Origin: Bacteroidales bacterium
GTDB lineage: Bacteria > Bacteroidota > Bacteroidia > Bacteroidales > UBA12077
DNA length: 64,000 nt
Assembly: GCA_035269575.1 (NCBI GenBank)
Contig: DATFIZ010000103.1
Location: forward strand, 23,536 to 87,535
Direction of reading: 5' to 3'
The translations under genes were made by a program, and so were the position numbers. A model generated the notes under the pieces. That model saw only the letters and a program-made list of their open reading frames with translations. It was not told where the DNA came from and did no database searches. Positions 38,868 to 49,155 of this stretch are shown here, one piece after another (the first letter of the stretch is position 1; every line of letters starts with the position of its first letter).

Positions 38868-38957
38868 AATATTCGAAAAAAATAGTCGAATTATTTGACT
38901 TTTGTAAGATCTTGTTATAATTTTGGACTAATTTTTTAAAATATTCGAAAAAAAATG
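38868..38957 (+). promoter_or_regulatory. candidate promoter and TetR operator region of the plus-strand RND operon
   Basis: Inverted repeat ATTCGA-N9-TCGAAT (38871-38891). A perfect 15-nt direct repeat AATATTCGAAAAAAA sits at 38868-38882 and 38940-38954; the second copy abuts the ATG. A Bacteroidota-type -7 box TAATTTTG lies at 38918-38925, with TTTG at 38894-38897 (20-nt spacing). Confidence 0.4.
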
Positions 38958-39560
38958 ATAAAAGAACATATTAAAGAAAAAAGAAGAGGAACAAAACATA
39001 AAATTGTGGGTATTGCGTCGCATGTCTTTAGTAAATACGGGTTTAAGAAAGCGACGATGGAAGATATTGCAAAAGCATCGGGAATGGGGAAAAGCTCGAT
39101 TTATTACTATTTTAAAAGTAAAGAAGAGATTTTTGAAGCCGTTGTTAAAAAAGAAGCACATCAGATCTATCTTGAATTGGATAAAAGAGTTATTAATACA
39201 AACGACAATCCGAAAGAGAAACTACGAAACTATGTTTTGATACGTATGCGCAATTTGCAAAAAATGGTAAACTTTTATGAAGCATTAAAAAATGATTACC
39301 TGGCGAATTTTGCCTTTACCGAAAGGGTGAGAGAGAAGTATGATATTGAAGAACAACAGATTATTGAGCATATATTACAGGAAGGTTTGGAAAAAGGTTT
39401 GTTTAGGTTAAAAGAAACAAAACTCACAGCCATAACACTTGTTACTGCTTTAAAAGGCCTTGAGTCGGCTTTATTGTTACAAAATGAAATTGATATTAAA
39501 GATCTGGAATTACATCTTGATTATATGTTGGAAATACTGTTTTATGGAATTGTTAAATAA
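38955..39560 (+). CDS. TetR/AcrR-family transcriptional regulator
   Basis: N-terminal HTH (FSKYGFKKATMEDIAKASGMGKSSIYYYFKSKEEIF). 201 aa, and the first gene of the efflux operon. Confidence 0.88.
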   Translation: MIKEHIKEKRRGTKHKIVGIASHVFSKYGFKKATMEDIAKASGMGKSSIYYYFKSKEEIFEAVVKKEAHQIYLELDKRVINTNDNPKEKLRNYVLIRMRNLQKMVNFYEALKNDYLANFAFTERVREKYDIEEQQIIEHILQEGLEKGLFRLKETKLTAITLVTALKGLESALLLQNEIDIKDLELHLDYMLEILFYGIVK

Positions 39561-39574
39561 AAATTTCGTGAAAG

Positions 39575-41041
39575 ATGAAAGTTAAATTAACTATACTCTT
39601 TTTATTCATTTTAGGTGCTGTGGTAGCCCAGGAGCCGGGATTAAGTTTAAATGACTGTCGTGAACGTGCCCTTGAGCATAACCGGGAAATAAAAATGGCT
39701 AACCAACACCAACTGACCTTAGGATCGTTAAGAAAATATGCAAGGACACAATATTTTCCAAATTTCAGCATAAATGGGGGTTATATGCGAATGAACAAGG
39801 AGTTTAGTCTGCTCACTGAGGATGTTTTTTTGCCGGTTGTTCCAGGAGAATCTATCGCAGGCGGGAGTTTAAACCAGCTAATTTTTATAACCAACCCTCA
39901 GCTGAAAGAGGAAACCTTTATTTTAAATCCTGATGGAAGTATTGCTGAAGATGCTGAAGGAAATCCTTTGTTTAAGAACTATGCATATTTACCTGCCGAA
40001 GAGGCTACAATTGGGTTAGAAAATGTTTTTATAGCCAATATAGGCATGACACAACCGGTATATATGGGTGGAAAAATACGCCAACTCAATAAAATGGCTG
40101 AATATGGAACGGATCTTTTTACCGCAAAAAAAGAACTAACCCGATCGGAAGTTATTCTTTCTATCGACGAAAAATACTGGAAAGTAATTTCATTGCTGGA
40201 AAAAGTGGAGCTTACCACTAAATATAAGAATATGCTTGAACATTTAATTGATGATTTAACGAATCTTTATGAAGAAGGTATCATTACGCGGAACGAGATA
40301 TTAAAAGCCAAAGTAAAATACAACGAGGTAGATTTACAATTACTGAAAGCCGATAACGGGCTAAAGCTTGCTCGTATGGCATTAAATCAAATCATTGGGT
40401 TTCCTTTGGATACGGTTGTGACTCTTTCGGATAGCATGGAGGTTAATTCTCTGCTTAAAGAAAAGAGTGATTATGCAGACATGGCTTTAAATAACAGACC
40501 GGAGATTGATATGGTTAACAGTACGCTGAATATGGCCGAGTCGGGTGAAAAAATAATGAAATCCCGCTATTTACCTAATGTAGGACTTACAGCCAACTAT
40601 ATGTTTACAAACCCTAATCCTTATAATGGATTTGAAAAGGAATTTGGGGGCGATTGGAATATCGGCGTTTTTGTTAACATTCCTTTGTATCATTTTGGGG
40701 ATAAGAAACATACCCTTGAGGCTATGCGTCATGAGATAAAAGCGGCAGAAGAAAAATATAAGGAGACCAAAGAATTGATAGCTCTTGAGGTTCAACAAAC
40801 ATTGTTTAAGTATTCCGAATCGGTTAAAAAGGTAGAACTTACTCAATCCTCGTTAAAACAAGCGGAAGAAAACCTAAAACTAACACAAAACAGCTTTGAA
40901 GAAGGAATGGTTCGCTCTACCGAATTACTGGAAGCTCAAACCATGTGGCAGGAAGCTTATGCCGAGTTTATTGAGGCAAAAACGGAACATAAAGTTTGTG
41001 AAGCAGAATTACGAAAAGTTACCGGACAGTTAAACGATTAA
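39575..41041 (+). CDS. TolC-family outer-membrane efflux protein
   Basis: Signal peptide, then two-fold repeated coiled-coil/beta segments typical of OEP proteins. Operon context. Confidence 0.85.
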   Translation: MKVKLTILFLFILGAVVAQEPGLSLNDCRERALEHNREIKMANQHQLTLGSLRKYARTQYFPNFSINGGYMRMNKEFSLLTEDVFLPVVPGESIAGGSLNQLIFITNPQLKEETFILNPDGSIAEDAEGNPLFKNYAYLPAEEATIGLENVFIANIGMTQPVYMGGKIRQLNKMAEYGTDLFTAKKELTRSEVILSIDEKYWKVISLLEKVELTTKYKNMLEHLIDDLTNLYEEGIITRNEILKAKVKYNEVDLQLLKADNGLKLARMALNQIIGFPLDTVVTLSDSMEVNSLLKEKSDYADMALNNRPEIDMVNSTLNMAESGEKIMKSRYLPNVGLTANYMFTNPNPYNGFEKEFGGDWNIGVFVNIPLYHFGDKKHTLEAMRHEIKAAEEKYKETKELIALEVQQTLFKYSESVKKVELTQSSLKQAEENLKLTQNSFEEGMVRSTELLEAQTMWQEAYAEFIEAKTEHKVCEAELRKVTGQLND

Positions 41042-41055
41042 AATCCTAAAAAGAG

Positions 41056-42090
41056 ATGAAAAATACTATCCAAATAGTTGTAGTTATCCTGATATTATTT
41101 GCAGGATGTAAAAACGGGGAAGAAGAAAAGCAGAATGGAGATAATATTATTCCGATAACGATAACCCAAACAGAGCAAAAAAGCTATATTCCCGGATTAA
41201 GTTATTCAGGAACAGCCAAGGCGAATAAGGAGGCTAACCTTGGGACTTCTATCCCCGGAAGGGTTGAGGAAATTTATTTTAACGAAGGGGATAAGGTGAA
41301 AAAGGATGAACTAATCGTAGAGTTATCCTCTGAGTTATATTTGCAGGCATTGGTGGAAAGTCAAACCATTGAAAAGGATTTTGAGCGTATTGCCCGGTTA
41401 AAAGAGAAAGGAAGTGTCACCCAGCAGGATTTTGATCATATAAAAGCCAAATACGAAGCCTCGAAGGCTAAAACACAGCTGATGAAAAAAAATACAGAGA
41501 TTCGGGCTCCTTTCTCCGGAACCATTGTCGACTATCTGGTAAATGAAGGTGAAAACTTTTTATTTTCGCCCAGTTTAAAAGCAGGATACTCCATGACTTC
41601 AGGCGTGGTAAAGCTTATGCAACTTAATATCATCAGGGTAGAGATTGATGTGAACGAAAAAGACCTTGCCAAAATCCGGCAAGGACAAAGCGCGGAATTA
41701 ATTTTTGATGCATATCCTCAAAATGTTTATTCGGGGAAAGTCACTCAGATTGCTTCTGTATTATCTACCTTATCACGAACAGCAACAGTAGAAATTAGTA
41801 TACCCAACGATGACTTTCTGATAAAACCGGGAATGTATGCCAAGGTAAACCTTGTCTTGCCTGAACGGGAAGCTGTTTTTGTTCCTCTGGAAGCAATATA
41901 CAGACAATCGGGAACAGGAAATGATTATGTTTTTCGTATTGATGATAATACCGCACACCGGATTCCGGTTCAACGCATGGACCACTTAGAAGATAAGGTT
42001 GCTGTTTCGGGTATTGATGCGAATGTAACCATTGCTGTAGCCGGAAAGAATAAGCTTAATGAAGGGACCCGGGTAGAAATAAAAAAATAG
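41056..42090 (+). CDS. RND efflux periplasmic adaptor lipoprotein
   Basis: Lipobox LFAGC, the IRAPFSGTIV motif and a beta-barrel C-terminus. Confidence 0.85.
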   Translation: MKNTIQIVVVILILFAGCKNGEEEKQNGDNIIPITITQTEQKSYIPGLSYSGTAKANKEANLGTSIPGRVEEIYFNEGDKVKKDELIVELSSELYLQALVESQTIEKDFERIARLKEKGSVTQQDFDHIKAKYEASKAKTQLMKKNTEIRAPFSGTIVDYLVNEGENFLFSPSLKAGYSMTSGVVKLMQLNIIRVEIDVNEKDLAKIRQGQSAELIFDAYPQNVYSGKVTQIASVLSTLSRTATVEISIPNDDFLIKPGMYAKVNLVLPEREAVFVPLEAIYRQSGTGNDYVFRIDDNTAHRIPVQRMDHLEDKVAVSGIDANVTIAVAGKNKLNEGTRVEIKK

Positions 42091-42118
42091 TGCGTTTAAT
42101 TCAAAGAACTCGTAAAAA

Positions 42119-45100
42119 ATGAAATTACCAAAAATATCTGTTCAACGACCTGTAACCACTTTAATGGCTTTTTTGGCTATTTTGCTTTTCGGTATGGTTT
42201 CCCTGCAACGACTGCCTCTGGATATTATGCCCGAAATGGAAATTCCTACGTTAACCGTGATGACAGTATATCCTGGAGCTTCGGCTGACGAGGTCGAACA
42301 GCAGGTAACCAGACCCCTGGAAGAGATTTTAGCCGGATCGGAAAATCTGAGAGAATTAACTTCTACCTCGAAGGAGAATGTCTCTATTATTGCACTACAG
42401 TTTGATTGGGGTTCCGACATTACTGAGGCCGCTAATAATGCACGCGATCTTATCGAGCTAAAAAAAATGGACTTACCCAATGAAGCTAACAATCCGGTGA
42501 TTTATAAAGTTAATTCATCCCTTTTCCCTATTTTAGTATATGGAGTTACGGCCCGGGAAAATTATTATGGTATCAATCAAATTATTGAAGATAAAATTGC
42601 CAGTCCGCTGAAAAAAGTTAACGGGGTAGGCTCGGTTATATATGTGGGTCAGCCTCAACGAGAAATAAAAATTCATATTGATCCATACAAAATATCTGCT
42701 TATGGAATGTCTATTCGTCAGATAGCTACGATTCTAAAAGCCGAAAACTTAAATATCCCGGGAGGTAATATTGAGGTTGGCGTTAGTGACTTTGCGGTTA
42801 AGGTGCCCGGTAAGTTTGAAAGCCTTGAGCAAATAGAAAATATTGCCCTGCTAAATTTTAATAACAGGATTATTCGTCTAAAAGATGTAGCAACTTTAAA
42901 AGATGGATATAAAGATAAAGATGAGATTGCCCGTTCTAAAAACGGATTGGGAGTAGCGCTTATGATCCAAAAACAATCGGGCGTAAATACACTGGAGGTA
43001 GCTAACGGAATAAGGGCTAAAATTAAAGAAATAAAGGAAAGCCTTCCGCCGGACATGGAGGTTTTCGAGATTATTAATACTGATGAGTTAATTGTTCAAT
43101 CGTTAAAGAATCTTACACAAACCCTCTGGTGGGCACTGCTCTTTGTGGTAGTTATTGTTTTTGTTTTTCTTCGTGAATGGCGATCCAGTTTTATTGTTTT
43201 CCTCACCATCCCTTTTTCGCTTATTGTGGCATTCATTGTAATGTTTATTATTGATTATACGATAAATATTTTTTCGTTAATGGCTATTGTTATTGCTATC
43301 GGGATGGTCGTGGATAATGCGATTGTGGTGCTCGAAAATATTACCCGCCATATTGAAGAGGGTTCCAGACCAAAACAGGCTTCAATTTTTGGAGCCAGCG
43401 AAATGGGAATGGCCATTACGGCATCTACTGCTACTACATTAATGGTTTTTATTCCAATGATTTTTGTAGGTGGTGTGGTGGGTTTATTATTTAAACAGTT
43501 AGCCATTATTACTTCAGTTACCATGGTAGCCTCGCTAATTACTTCGTTGTCGCTCACCCCCATGGTTTCATCACAACTATTAAAGGGTCTGAGAAAAAAT
43601 GATAAACCGAAAAAAAGAACAAGGTTGTATGTTTGGAGCGAATCGATGTTTGTAAAATTGGAAAAAGTGTATAAAGATTCTCTCCACTGGGTAATTTATC
43701 ATAAAGTTTTTACCTTAATTACCGCACTGGTAATTTTTGTCGTTGTTCTTATTTTAGGAAGAAACCTTGGGACCGATTATATTCCGCAGTTTGATGCCGG
43801 AGATTTAATTGTAGTCATCGAAACGGAGGTGGGTACCAGCGCCGAAGAAACCGATCGGGTTGCTCAAAAAGTAATGGAGGTTATTCGGGAAAACGTTCCC
43901 GAGATGATTCCAACATCATTATCATCCATTACCGGACAAACTGAAAAAGGAACCTTGTCGTCGGTAGGATTTACCGAAGGGAAAAATGTATCTACTATTT
44001 TGGCACACCTGGTATTGCCCGATGAACGAGAGCGATCAGCCAAAGAAATAGGAGAGGCTTTACGTAAAAAGATAGCAGAAATACCCGAAATCGATAAATT
44101 TCATGTTACTGCAGGAAGTATTATTTCCGAAGCCATTACCGGAAATGTAAAACCCATTGAAGTAGAAATTACCGGCGAAGATTTTGACGAAATGAATCAA
44201 TTAGCCCAAACAGTGTATAATAAAATGCTGGAAGTAAAAGGGTTTGTAGATTTGCAAACAACCATTGATAATGGAAAGCTTGAATTACAAATAGATATTG
44301 ATAAAGATAAAGCGTCGGCAATGGGGCTGAATACTGCAATGATAGCTTCTCAGGTGCGGCAAAGCATCCATGGAGCCTCAGCAGGTGAGTTTACCGAAAA
44401 CGGGGAAGAATATGAAATAAATATTCGTTATGCTCCCGGGTTTATAGGAAAGGTTGAATCATTATCGGATATTATGCTCACCAATTTAAGGGGGGATCAA
44501 ATACCCCTTTCGGCTGTAGCCCAAATAAAAACAGGACTGGGGCCGCTGGCGATTAATCATAAATCGCAACAACGGATTGTGAAAATAATGGCCGGTTTAT
44601 CGGGGATCTCATTAGGCGAAGGAGCCGATAAAGTAGAAAATATAATTGGTGATATGGATTTACCTGGCGGAGTTGATATTGAGCTGGGAGGTCAGCTTTC
44701 CGAACAAGGTGAATCGTTTCAGGATTTGTACCTGATATTTGTTATTGGTATTTTATTGGTTTATATGGTTATGGCTGCTCAGTTCGAGTCGTTTAAAGAC
44801 CCATTTATCATTATGTTTGCCCTGCCCTTTACCATTGTGGGAATAATACTTGCTTTTTTCGTTACCGGATTGACACTTAGCGTTACTACTTTTATCGGGG
44901 TAATCATGTTAATGGGAATTGTGGTAAATAATGGAATTGTGCTGGTGGATTATACTAATTTGCTTAGAAAACGGGGATATGATCTTACCGGGGCGGTTTT
45001 AGAAGCAGGGCGTTCGCGTATGCGACCGGTACTAATGACTTCGTTTACTACCATACTGGGAATGCTGCCCATGGCATTAAGTCGTGGAATGGGACGTGAA

Positions 45101-45214
45101 ATGTATTCTCCGTTAGGTGTTACGATTATTGGCGGGTTATTGGTATCAACCGTTATTACCCTTATCCTTGTGCCAACCATTTATAGCGTTTTTCATCAAA
45201 ATGATAATCATTAA
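42119..45214 (+). CDS. RND efflux pump permease (AcrB family)
   Basis: 1031 aa with the SVQRPVTTLMAFLAILLFG N-terminus, GMVVDNAIVVLENI and GIVVNNGIVLVDY in TM4/TM10, and 12-TM topology. Confidence 0.92.
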   Translation: MKLPKISVQRPVTTLMAFLAILLFGMVSLQRLPLDIMPEMEIPTLTVMTVYPGASADEVEQQVTRPLEEILAGSENLRELTSTSKENVSIIALQFDWGSDITEAANNARDLIELKKMDLPNEANNPVIYKVNSSLFPILVYGVTARENYYGINQIIEDKIASPLKKVNGVGSVIYVGQPQREIKIHIDPYKISAYGMSIRQIATILKAENLNIPGGNIEVGVSDFAVKVPGKFESLEQIENIALLNFNNRIIRLKDVATLKDGYKDKDEIARSKNGLGVALMIQKQSGVNTLEVANGIRAKIKEIKESLPPDMEVFEIINTDELIVQSLKNLTQTLWWALLFVVVIVFVFLREWRSSFIVFLTIPFSLIVAFIVMFIIDYTINIFSLMAIVIAIGMVVDNAIVVLENITRHIEEGSRPKQASIFGASEMGMAITASTATTLMVFIPMIFVGGVVGLLFKQLAIITSVTMVASLITSLSLTPMVSSQLLKGLRKNDKPKKRTRLYVWSESMFVKLEKVYKDSLHWVIYHKVFTLITALVIFVVVLILGRNLGTDYIPQFDAGDLIVVIETEVGTSAEETDRVAQKVMEVIRENVPEMIPTSLSSITGQTEKGTLSSVGFTEGKNVSTILAHLVLPDERERSAKEIGEALRKKIAEIPEIDKFHVTAGSIISEAITGNVKPIEVEITGEDFDEMNQLAQTVYNKMLEVKGFVDLQTTIDNGKLELQIDIDKDKASAMGLNTAMIASQVRQSIHGASAGEFTENGEEYEINIRYAPGFIGKVESLSDIMLTNLRGDQIPLSAVAQIKTGLGPLAINHKSQQRIVKIMAGLSGISLGEGADKVENIIGDMDLPGGVDIELGGQLSEQGESFQDLYLIFVIGILLVYMVMAAQFESFKDPFIIMFALPFTIVGIILAFFVTGLTLSVTTFIGVIMLMGIVVNNGIVLVDYTNLLRKRGYDLTGAVLEAGRSRMRPVLMTSFTTILGMLPMALSRGMGREMYSPLGVTIIGGLLVSTVITLILVPTIYSVFHQNDNH

Positions 45215-45226
45215 ATCGACCAGTCT

Positions 45227-45532
45227 ATGAAAATGATATATGTAACCTGTAATGTAAGTGTTCGTGAACCTTTATTGAAAATGCTCGAAGAGCATAAAAT
45301 TACAAATTACCAGATAATAGAAGAAGTGCCGGCAAAATCGGTTAAAGGCGACCTTCGTTTAAATACGGCTGTCTGGCCGGGATATAACTCCTCCATTTTT
45401 ATACAGTGTATCGACGATGAAAAGGTCAAGGAGATCATGCAAAATATTAAATCCTTTAACCAAAAGGCATTTAATGAAAATGAACTGGTTACAGCCTGCT
45501 CGTGGACACTGGATGATTATTTTTATGAATAG
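45227..45532 (+). CDS. small cytoplasmic transporter-associated protein (PG0541-like, tentative)
   Basis: 101 aa with no signal peptide and a beta-alpha-beta alternation. It starts 12 nt after the pump stop. I recall a PG0541 family name for such pump-linked proteins but cannot verify it here. Confidence 0.55.
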   Translation: MKMIYVTCNVSVREPLLKMLEEHKITNYQIIEEVPAKSVKGDLRLNTAVWPGYNSSIFIQCIDDEKVKEIMQNIKSFNQKAFNENELVTACSWTLDDYFYE

Positions 45533-45640
45533 TCTGATGCTTAAAAGGAAGTAATCATACGATAATTTCGATATGTTTTGGTCGTTTCCTGTATTCCAAT
45601 TTTTTTCTTATCTTTCATCATAAACTAAAACAAAGCTACG

Positions 45641-46108
45641 ATGAAATTCATTAATCTTTTACCCATTACGTTAATCTTGCTTTATTTTGTTCCTGGTCTA
45701 AAAGCACAGGAAGCAGATAAAATTTTAGGGTTTTGGCTAACCCAGGACGGAGACTCGCAAGTGAAAATTTTTAAAGCTCAAAATGGAAAATATTACGGCG
45801 ATATCCGATGGCTCGAAGAGCCAGACGAAGAGGATGGAACGCCTAAAAGGGATACCGAAAATTCAGATGCAGAGCTCCAAAAAAGAACCATTTTAGGATT
45901 GCAAATATTAAAAGGTTTTGCGTACGATAAAGATGATAAAGAATGGGTTGACGGGACTATTTATGATCCCAAAAACGGCAAAACCTACAAGTGTTATATG
46001 TGGTTCGAGGATGGAAACGATAAAATATTACATGTAAAAGGCTTTATAGGATTTTCCATGCTTGGCAGAGAGGTTGAATGGGTTAGAGAGGATAAATTAC
46101 GGAAATAA
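45641..46108 (+). CDS. DUF2147-domain secreted protein
   Basis: Signal peptide, then ILGFWLTQDGDSQVKIF..YYGDIRWL..ILGLQIL..WVDGTIYDPKNGKTYKC..LHVKGFIG..GREVEWVR, which matches the DUF2147 pattern as I remember it. Confidence 0.75.
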   Translation: MKFINLLPITLILLYFVPGLKAQEADKILGFWLTQDGDSQVKIFKAQNGKYYGDIRWLEEPDEEDGTPKRDTENSDAELQKRTILGLQILKGFAYDKDDKEWVDGTIYDPKNGKTYKCYMWFEDGNDKILHVKGFIGFSMLGREVEWVREDKLRK

Positions 46109-46128
46109 CCGGCAAGGGCATCAGGTTT

Positions 46129-47535
46129 TTAGCCTTTATATCCAAAAATCTTTTTGGATATAATTTGTTTGGCAACATATTTGGGAACCATTGTTTCCCA
46201 TCGATTATCATTGGCTTCAATTAACCGAAGTACTTTTCTGGGGTCGATAGGTAGCCATTTGGTTTTTGCTTTTCGAAGGTTGCGGATTTTCCGGTTATCT
46301 ACCAGGTAATTAAAAATATGTTTAACATCCGGTTCCATTTTAACATCATCAACAAGGAGAACCTTGCCTGTACTGCGATCTAAAGCAGGATAAATATAAA
46401 ACCTCGTATGGTCGGGGAACATACGGCCCATAGCTTCTAATATTCCACCTCGTAAGTGGGTATAATATTTTTTTTCCAATACTTTTGTAAACGTAGGAAC
46501 ACCCAGAATCACCCGTAAATTGTATATTTTAAACCGGCTGAAATAATCCACCAGCTTATAAAATTCTTTAAAGCTTGATACTAATACATTTTGCCCCATG
46601 CCGTTTAATAAATCTACCCGGTCTAAAAAGTCCCGTTCATTGATTTCCCCTTCTTCCAAAAGATTGTTTAATGTAATTTCACAAATCTGAAGGGTATTCT
46701 CCGGCGAGAAATTTTTATCTTCTTTAAACAGGGCATAGGATGTTTTTAAAATATCAAATCCCACATAAGTTATTGGACGGAAACGTCCCCGCAATACCAA
46801 CGCATTTTTTTTGTACAAAAAATCACCGGGTTGGTGTACATCTCCATGCCGATCGAACATTACCGCGGGTGTCATTCCGTTTTTTACCAGTTGAACGCAA
46901 AGCAACCGGTTGTCAACATACGATAAATCGGGGCCAATCATTCTGGCCATAGTTATTTCTACCCTGTCGGTATCGAGATTATCCAACAACGATTGTAAAA
47001 ACAAATTCGGGCTGTCGGCATAATGATAACAGGCAAAAATTAAATTTACGCCTAAAGTACCTAATGTATATTGCTGGAGTACGGCATCATTTTCCAGCAA
47101 ACGAACGTGAATAACCACCTCGTTGGGTTCCCCGGGATTTGCTAGTTCGAACTTTACACCCAGCCATCCATGTCCTTGATTTGTTTTTTGATAGTTTAAT
47201 GTTTCTACTGTGTTGGCAAACGAAAAATAACGAATATGGGAATCACGCCTTTCCTGAAGAATCGTTTTTAGTTCATGGTATTCTTCATCCAGCATTTTTT
47301 CCAGACGGTTAAGGCTCACATACCTGCCCTGTTTCCCCTTATCGTATAAATGATCACTAAATGTTTTATCATAAGCAGAGATGGTTTTGGCAATGGTTCC
47401 GGAAGCTCCTCCGGCCTGAAAAAAAGCACGGGCAACTTCCTGACCTCCTCCAATTTCTGCAATTGAACCATAAATGTCTGAATTCAGGTTTAGTAATAGC
47501 GCTTTCCGTTTGGTGCTGTAAATTTCACGTTCCAT
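46129..47535 (-). CDS. conserved-looking cytoplasmic protein of unknown function
   Basis: 468-aa uninterrupted ORF with ordinary composition and no signal peptide or TM. It has a Gly-rich N-terminal segment (IAEIGGGQEVARAFFQAGGASGTIAKT). I recognise no family. Confidence 0.6.
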   Translation of the reverse strand: MEREIYSTKRKALLLNLNSDIYGSIAEIGGGQEVARAFFQAGGASGTIAKTISAYDKTFSDHLYDKGKQGRYVSLNRLEKMLDEEYHELKTILQERRDSHIRYFSFANTVETLNYQKTNQGHGWLGVKFELANPGEPNEVVIHVRLLENDAVLQQYTLGTLGVNLIFACYHYADSPNLFLQSLLDNLDTDRVEITMARMIGPDLSYVDNRLLCVQLVKNGMTPAVMFDRHGDVHQPGDFLYKKNALVLRGRFRPITYVGFDILKTSYALFKEDKNFSPENTLQICEITLNNLLEEGEINERDFLDRVDLLNGMGQNVLVSSFKEFYKLVDYFSRFKIYNLRVILGVPTFTKVLEKKYYTHLRGGILEAMGRMFPDHTRFYIYPALDRSTGKVLLVDDVKMEPDVKHIFNYLVDNRKIRNLRKAKTKWLPIDPRKVLRLIEANDNRWETMVPKYVAKQIISKKIFGYKG

Positions 47536-47636
47536 ACCAACATTTTAATGCTAATTTAATGATGCTCAAATCTAAAACAAAAATATGCATGAAAAGTTTT
47601 TGATTTTTAAGGATTGAAAAAGTATTTAATCATTGC

Positions 47637-48383
47637 ATGAATGATATTTTTAAAATAATGATTAATTTAGATAAAAAGATTTCCCTAAAGATGAAATTTA
47701 TTATTGAACCTTTCAAAGATTTTTTTAACCTTATTTTTCCAAACTTATGTATGGTTTGTAATAATCACCTGGTATCGCAGGAAAAATTAATCTGCACTTC
47801 GTGTTTGTACAATCTCCCTAAAACAAATTTTCATCTCGATATAGAAAATCCGGTCTCTCAATTATTCTGGGGCAGGACAAAGATTGAATATGCATCATCA
47901 TTCTATTTTTATCAAAAAGGAAGCAAATATCAACAGATGATGCATAAATTTAAATATCATGGATGTAAGGAGGTTGGACTTGTTCTGGGAAGGTACTTTG
48001 GTTCTCAACTAAATGACAGTGTCTTTAATCAGGTGGATTTAATCATGCCTGTACCCCTACACAAATCAAAACTTAAAAAAAGGGGGTATAATCAAAGTGA
48101 GTTTATAGCCCGCGGATTAGCCGGGTCTTTGGATAAGAAGGTTGATGCTCAGAACCTCATCCGTACGATGGCTACAAGTACCCAAACCCGTAAATCAAGA
48201 TTCGAACGTTGGGAAAATGTTGAGAAAATATTTAAAGTACTTTACCCTGAAAAGATTACCGGAAAACATATCTTATTAGTGGATGATGTTGTTACTACCG
48301 GGTCGACACTCGAAGCCTGTGCAAACAGTATATTGGAAGTTCCCGGCACCAAAGTTAGTATTGTAACTTTAGCGGTTGCTTGA
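47637..48383 (+). CDS. comF: ComF-family phosphoribosyltransferase-domain protein
   Basis: N-terminal Cys pairs (CMVCNNHL..CTSC) and the PRT motif ILLVDDVVTTGSTLEAC. The start may be the internal Met at 47691. Confidence 0.8.
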   Translation: MNDIFKIMINLDKKISLKMKFIIEPFKDFFNLIFPNLCMVCNNHLVSQEKLICTSCLYNLPKTNFHLDIENPVSQLFWGRTKIEYASSFYFYQKGSKYQQMMHKFKYHGCKEVGLVLGRYFGSQLNDSVFNQVDLIMPVPLHKSKLKKRGYNQSEFIARGLAGSLDKKVDAQNLIRTMATSTQTRKSRFERWENVEKIFKVLYPEKITGKHILLVDDVVTTGSTLEACANSILEVPGTKVSIVTLAVA

Positions 48384-48530
48384 TAATTTTAAGCGTAACA
48401 AGAAATAATAAAGAACTTATACGAATTATATTAATTATAATTTCTTCGTTAAAATAAGGTTAAAATTAACTTTGCCAATAGGTTAAAACTTCATAAATTC
48501 GCAGAAATTTAAACCATAAAATTTTAGATT

Positions 48531-49136
48531 ATGTTTTCAGGAATTGTTGAAGAAGCTGCAAAAGTGGTAAAATTAGAGAAAGAAAAAGGAAACCTACATA
48601 TTACCATGCAATGTTCGTTTGCTAACGAATTAAAAATTGATCAGAGTGTTTCACACAATGGCGTTTGCTTAACCGTTGTAAAGGGGGATAAGGAGAATAA
48701 AACCTTTACAGTTACGGCTATTCAGGAGACCTTAGATAAATCCAACCTGGGTTTATTAGAATTAGGCGATAAGGTAAATCTTGAACGTAGCATGAAAATA
48801 GACTCCTTGCTTGATGGGCACCTGGTGCAGGGACATGTAGACCAAACGGCTGTTTGTACCAATGTTCGCGAAGCCGATGGTAGCTGGTATTTTGCTTTTG
48901 AATATGACCCCTCGCAAGAAGATTATATTACGGTTGAAAAAGGCTCTGTATCGGTGAATGGAGTGAGCTTAACGGTGGTTAACTCAAAAGACAAAACATT
49001 TGAAGTGGCTATTATCCCCTTTACCTATGATGTTACCAATTTTCATCAAATAGAGAAAGGAACGGTTGTGAATATTGAGTTTGATGTTATTGGGAAATAT
49101 GTGGCTAAGATTGTTAAACAGCAATTGGGGAAATAA
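48531..49136 (+). CDS. ribE: riboflavin synthase (alpha chain)
   Basis: MFSGIVEE N-terminus, two lumazine-binding repeats (SVSHNGVCLTV / SVSVNGVSLTV), and GHLVQGHVD. Confidence 0.9.
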   Translation: MFSGIVEEAAKVVKLEKEKGNLHITMQCSFANELKIDQSVSHNGVCLTVVKGDKENKTFTVTAIQETLDKSNLGLLELGDKVNLERSMKIDSLLDGHLVQGHVDQTAVCTNVREADGSWYFAFEYDPSQEDYITVEKGSVSVNGVSLTVVNSKDKTFEVAIIPFTYDVTNFHQIEKGTVVNIEFDVIGKYVAKIVKQQLGK

Positions 49137-49155
49137 GAAAAATAAAACCATTCTG

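Noticed and set aside
48384-48530. Possible FMN riboswitch upstream of ribE.
   Set aside because: The 147-nt leader is very AT-rich and lacks the conserved FMN-element core that I would expect (GGG..CAGGGTGAAATTCCC-like segments).
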